A stretch of DNA of 63,395 bases, filler included. It is 6 parts of 6 records of this genome, joined end to end, with 100 filler letters (N's around TTAATTAATTAA, not from the genome) between each part and the next. Parts side by side here need not be neighbours in the genome. Positions count along the whole stretch, not along the records: positions 56,658 to 63,395 come from SRR31147125_5292; 5 more parts are not named here. One strand, given 5' to 3'. This document shows, one piece after another, positions 62,694-63,395 of this stretch; positions within the stretch are counted from its first letter, which is position 1; each line of letters starts with the position of its first letter. The translations under genes and the position numbers were made by a program. The notes beneath the pieces are model-generated. The model searched no databases, was not told the origin of the DNA, and saw nothing but the letters and a program-made list of their open reading frames with translations.

Positions 62694-63395
62694 ATGCCTG
62701 AAAAGACAGAAACAACTTCAGAAAACAAGCACCTTGAAGTAAGCAAAGAACTTGAAGTTTTATTTCAAATAAATAGTGTAGCGAAAAAAATCAACTCTAC
62801 TTTGGAACAGGCTCAGATTATCGACTACACGATAGCAGAGTTGCCGGAACTTCTAAAGGCTAACAAATGCTCGATCTTTTTGTATGATGAAGAAAAAGAA
62901 GAGCTTGTTATGGCTGCCCACAATCATTACGATTTGGATCGAAGTTTTGATTTGAGGATCTCGATTCACAGCAATCAATTGCTAAGTCGTGCTGTGCGAA
63001 GAGGAAAATCTCTGTTGATTATGGATATAGAAGAAGAATTCGGCCTGAAAAACAGATCAAAATACAAATCCAAATCATCAATGATAACATTGCTGCAATC
63101 CGGAGATAAGCTTCTTGGTGTTATCAACATAAACGACAAGATGGATGGTACGGAATTCAGCGAATGGGATTTTTCTATTGCCTTGAACATTAACGAGCAT
63201 TTGGCAACAGCAATTTCAAACGCCCAGTTGTTTTCTCAAACACGCAGGCTTTCAATCACAGATGGATTGACTGATCTTTTCACACACAGATATTTTCAGG
63301 AAACGCTGGATAGGGAAATTTCCCGTGCCGAAAGATATAAAAAAGATCTGTCCCTGATGATGCTTGATATCGATTTTTTCAAAAAAGTAAACGAT
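62694..63395 (+). CDS. GAF-GGDEF diguanylate cyclase (3' truncated; absent from the ORF track)
   Basis: MPEKTE...CSIFLYDEE (GAF)...LGVININDK...AISNAQLF...SITDGLT...RYFQE...LMMLDIDFFKKVND. Confidence 0.9.
   Translation, partial: MPEKTETTSENKHLEVSKELEVLFQINSVAKKINSTLEQAQIIDYTIAELPELLKANKCSIFLYDEEKEELVMAAHNHYDLDRSFDLRISIHSNQLLSRAVRRGKSLLIMDIEEEFGLKNRSKYKSKSSMITLLQSGDKLLGVININDKMDGTEFSEWDFSIALNINEHLATAISNAQLFSQTRRLSITDGLTDLFTHRYFQETLDREISRAERYKKDLSLMMLDIDFFKKVND

Overview
The window is not one genome segment. It is six unrelated contigs joined by identical 100-nt artificial spacers (N44-TTAATTAATTAA-N44) at 10861-10960, 34774-34873, 43721-43820, 50726-50825 and 56558-56657. The contigs look like a metagenome of anaerobic or sediment bacteria; the taxa below are inferred from gene content only. 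(1) 1-10860, Bacteroidota: housekeeping genes (two FKBP PPIases, nrnA-like DHH, ndk, hexose-6-P mutarotase, dciA-like, recF, TPR, ribH, TetR, porin) and the end of a susC/susD pair. (2) 10961-34773, possibly KSB1/Calditrichota-like: a PEP-CTERM/XrtA-type exopolysaccharide operon with a candidate sigma-54 promoter and a JUMPStart/attenuator-like leader, plus a SusCD-free glycan-utilisation cluster (GH78, GH2, FG-GAP and TolB-like lipoproteins, VOC, URO-D/MtaA-like enzyme, Na+/solute symporter, two small membrane proteins). (3) 34874-43720, Clostridia-like: Lin0368-type pair, MFS, MarR-regulated ABC exporter, MCP and a NuoF/HydB-like C-terminus. (4) 43821-50725, low-GC anaerobe: lysA with a lysine riboswitch, acyltransferase-3, DUF3237, mntP, an alpha/beta hydrolase and a sensory [FeFe]-hydrogenase-like protein. 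(5) 50826-56557, Bacteroidota: ECF sigma/FecR/SusC, an ExuT-like MFS and a URO-D-like protein. (6) 56658-63395, delta-proteobacterium/Myxococcota-like: SprA-related protein, tyrosine phenol-lyase, a Cys-rich IgGFc-binding lipoprotein and a GAF-GGDEF protein. Contigs 1-3 carry about ten single-base homopolymer indels, probably sequencing errors, which split genes and falsely fuse two. No CRISPR array, tRNA, rRNA or mobile element was seen. The most promising novel signals are the multi-layer regulatory leader of the EPS operon, the Arg-rich insert in its priming glycosyltransferase, and the repeated coupling of URO-D/MtaA-like enzymes to sugar transporters.
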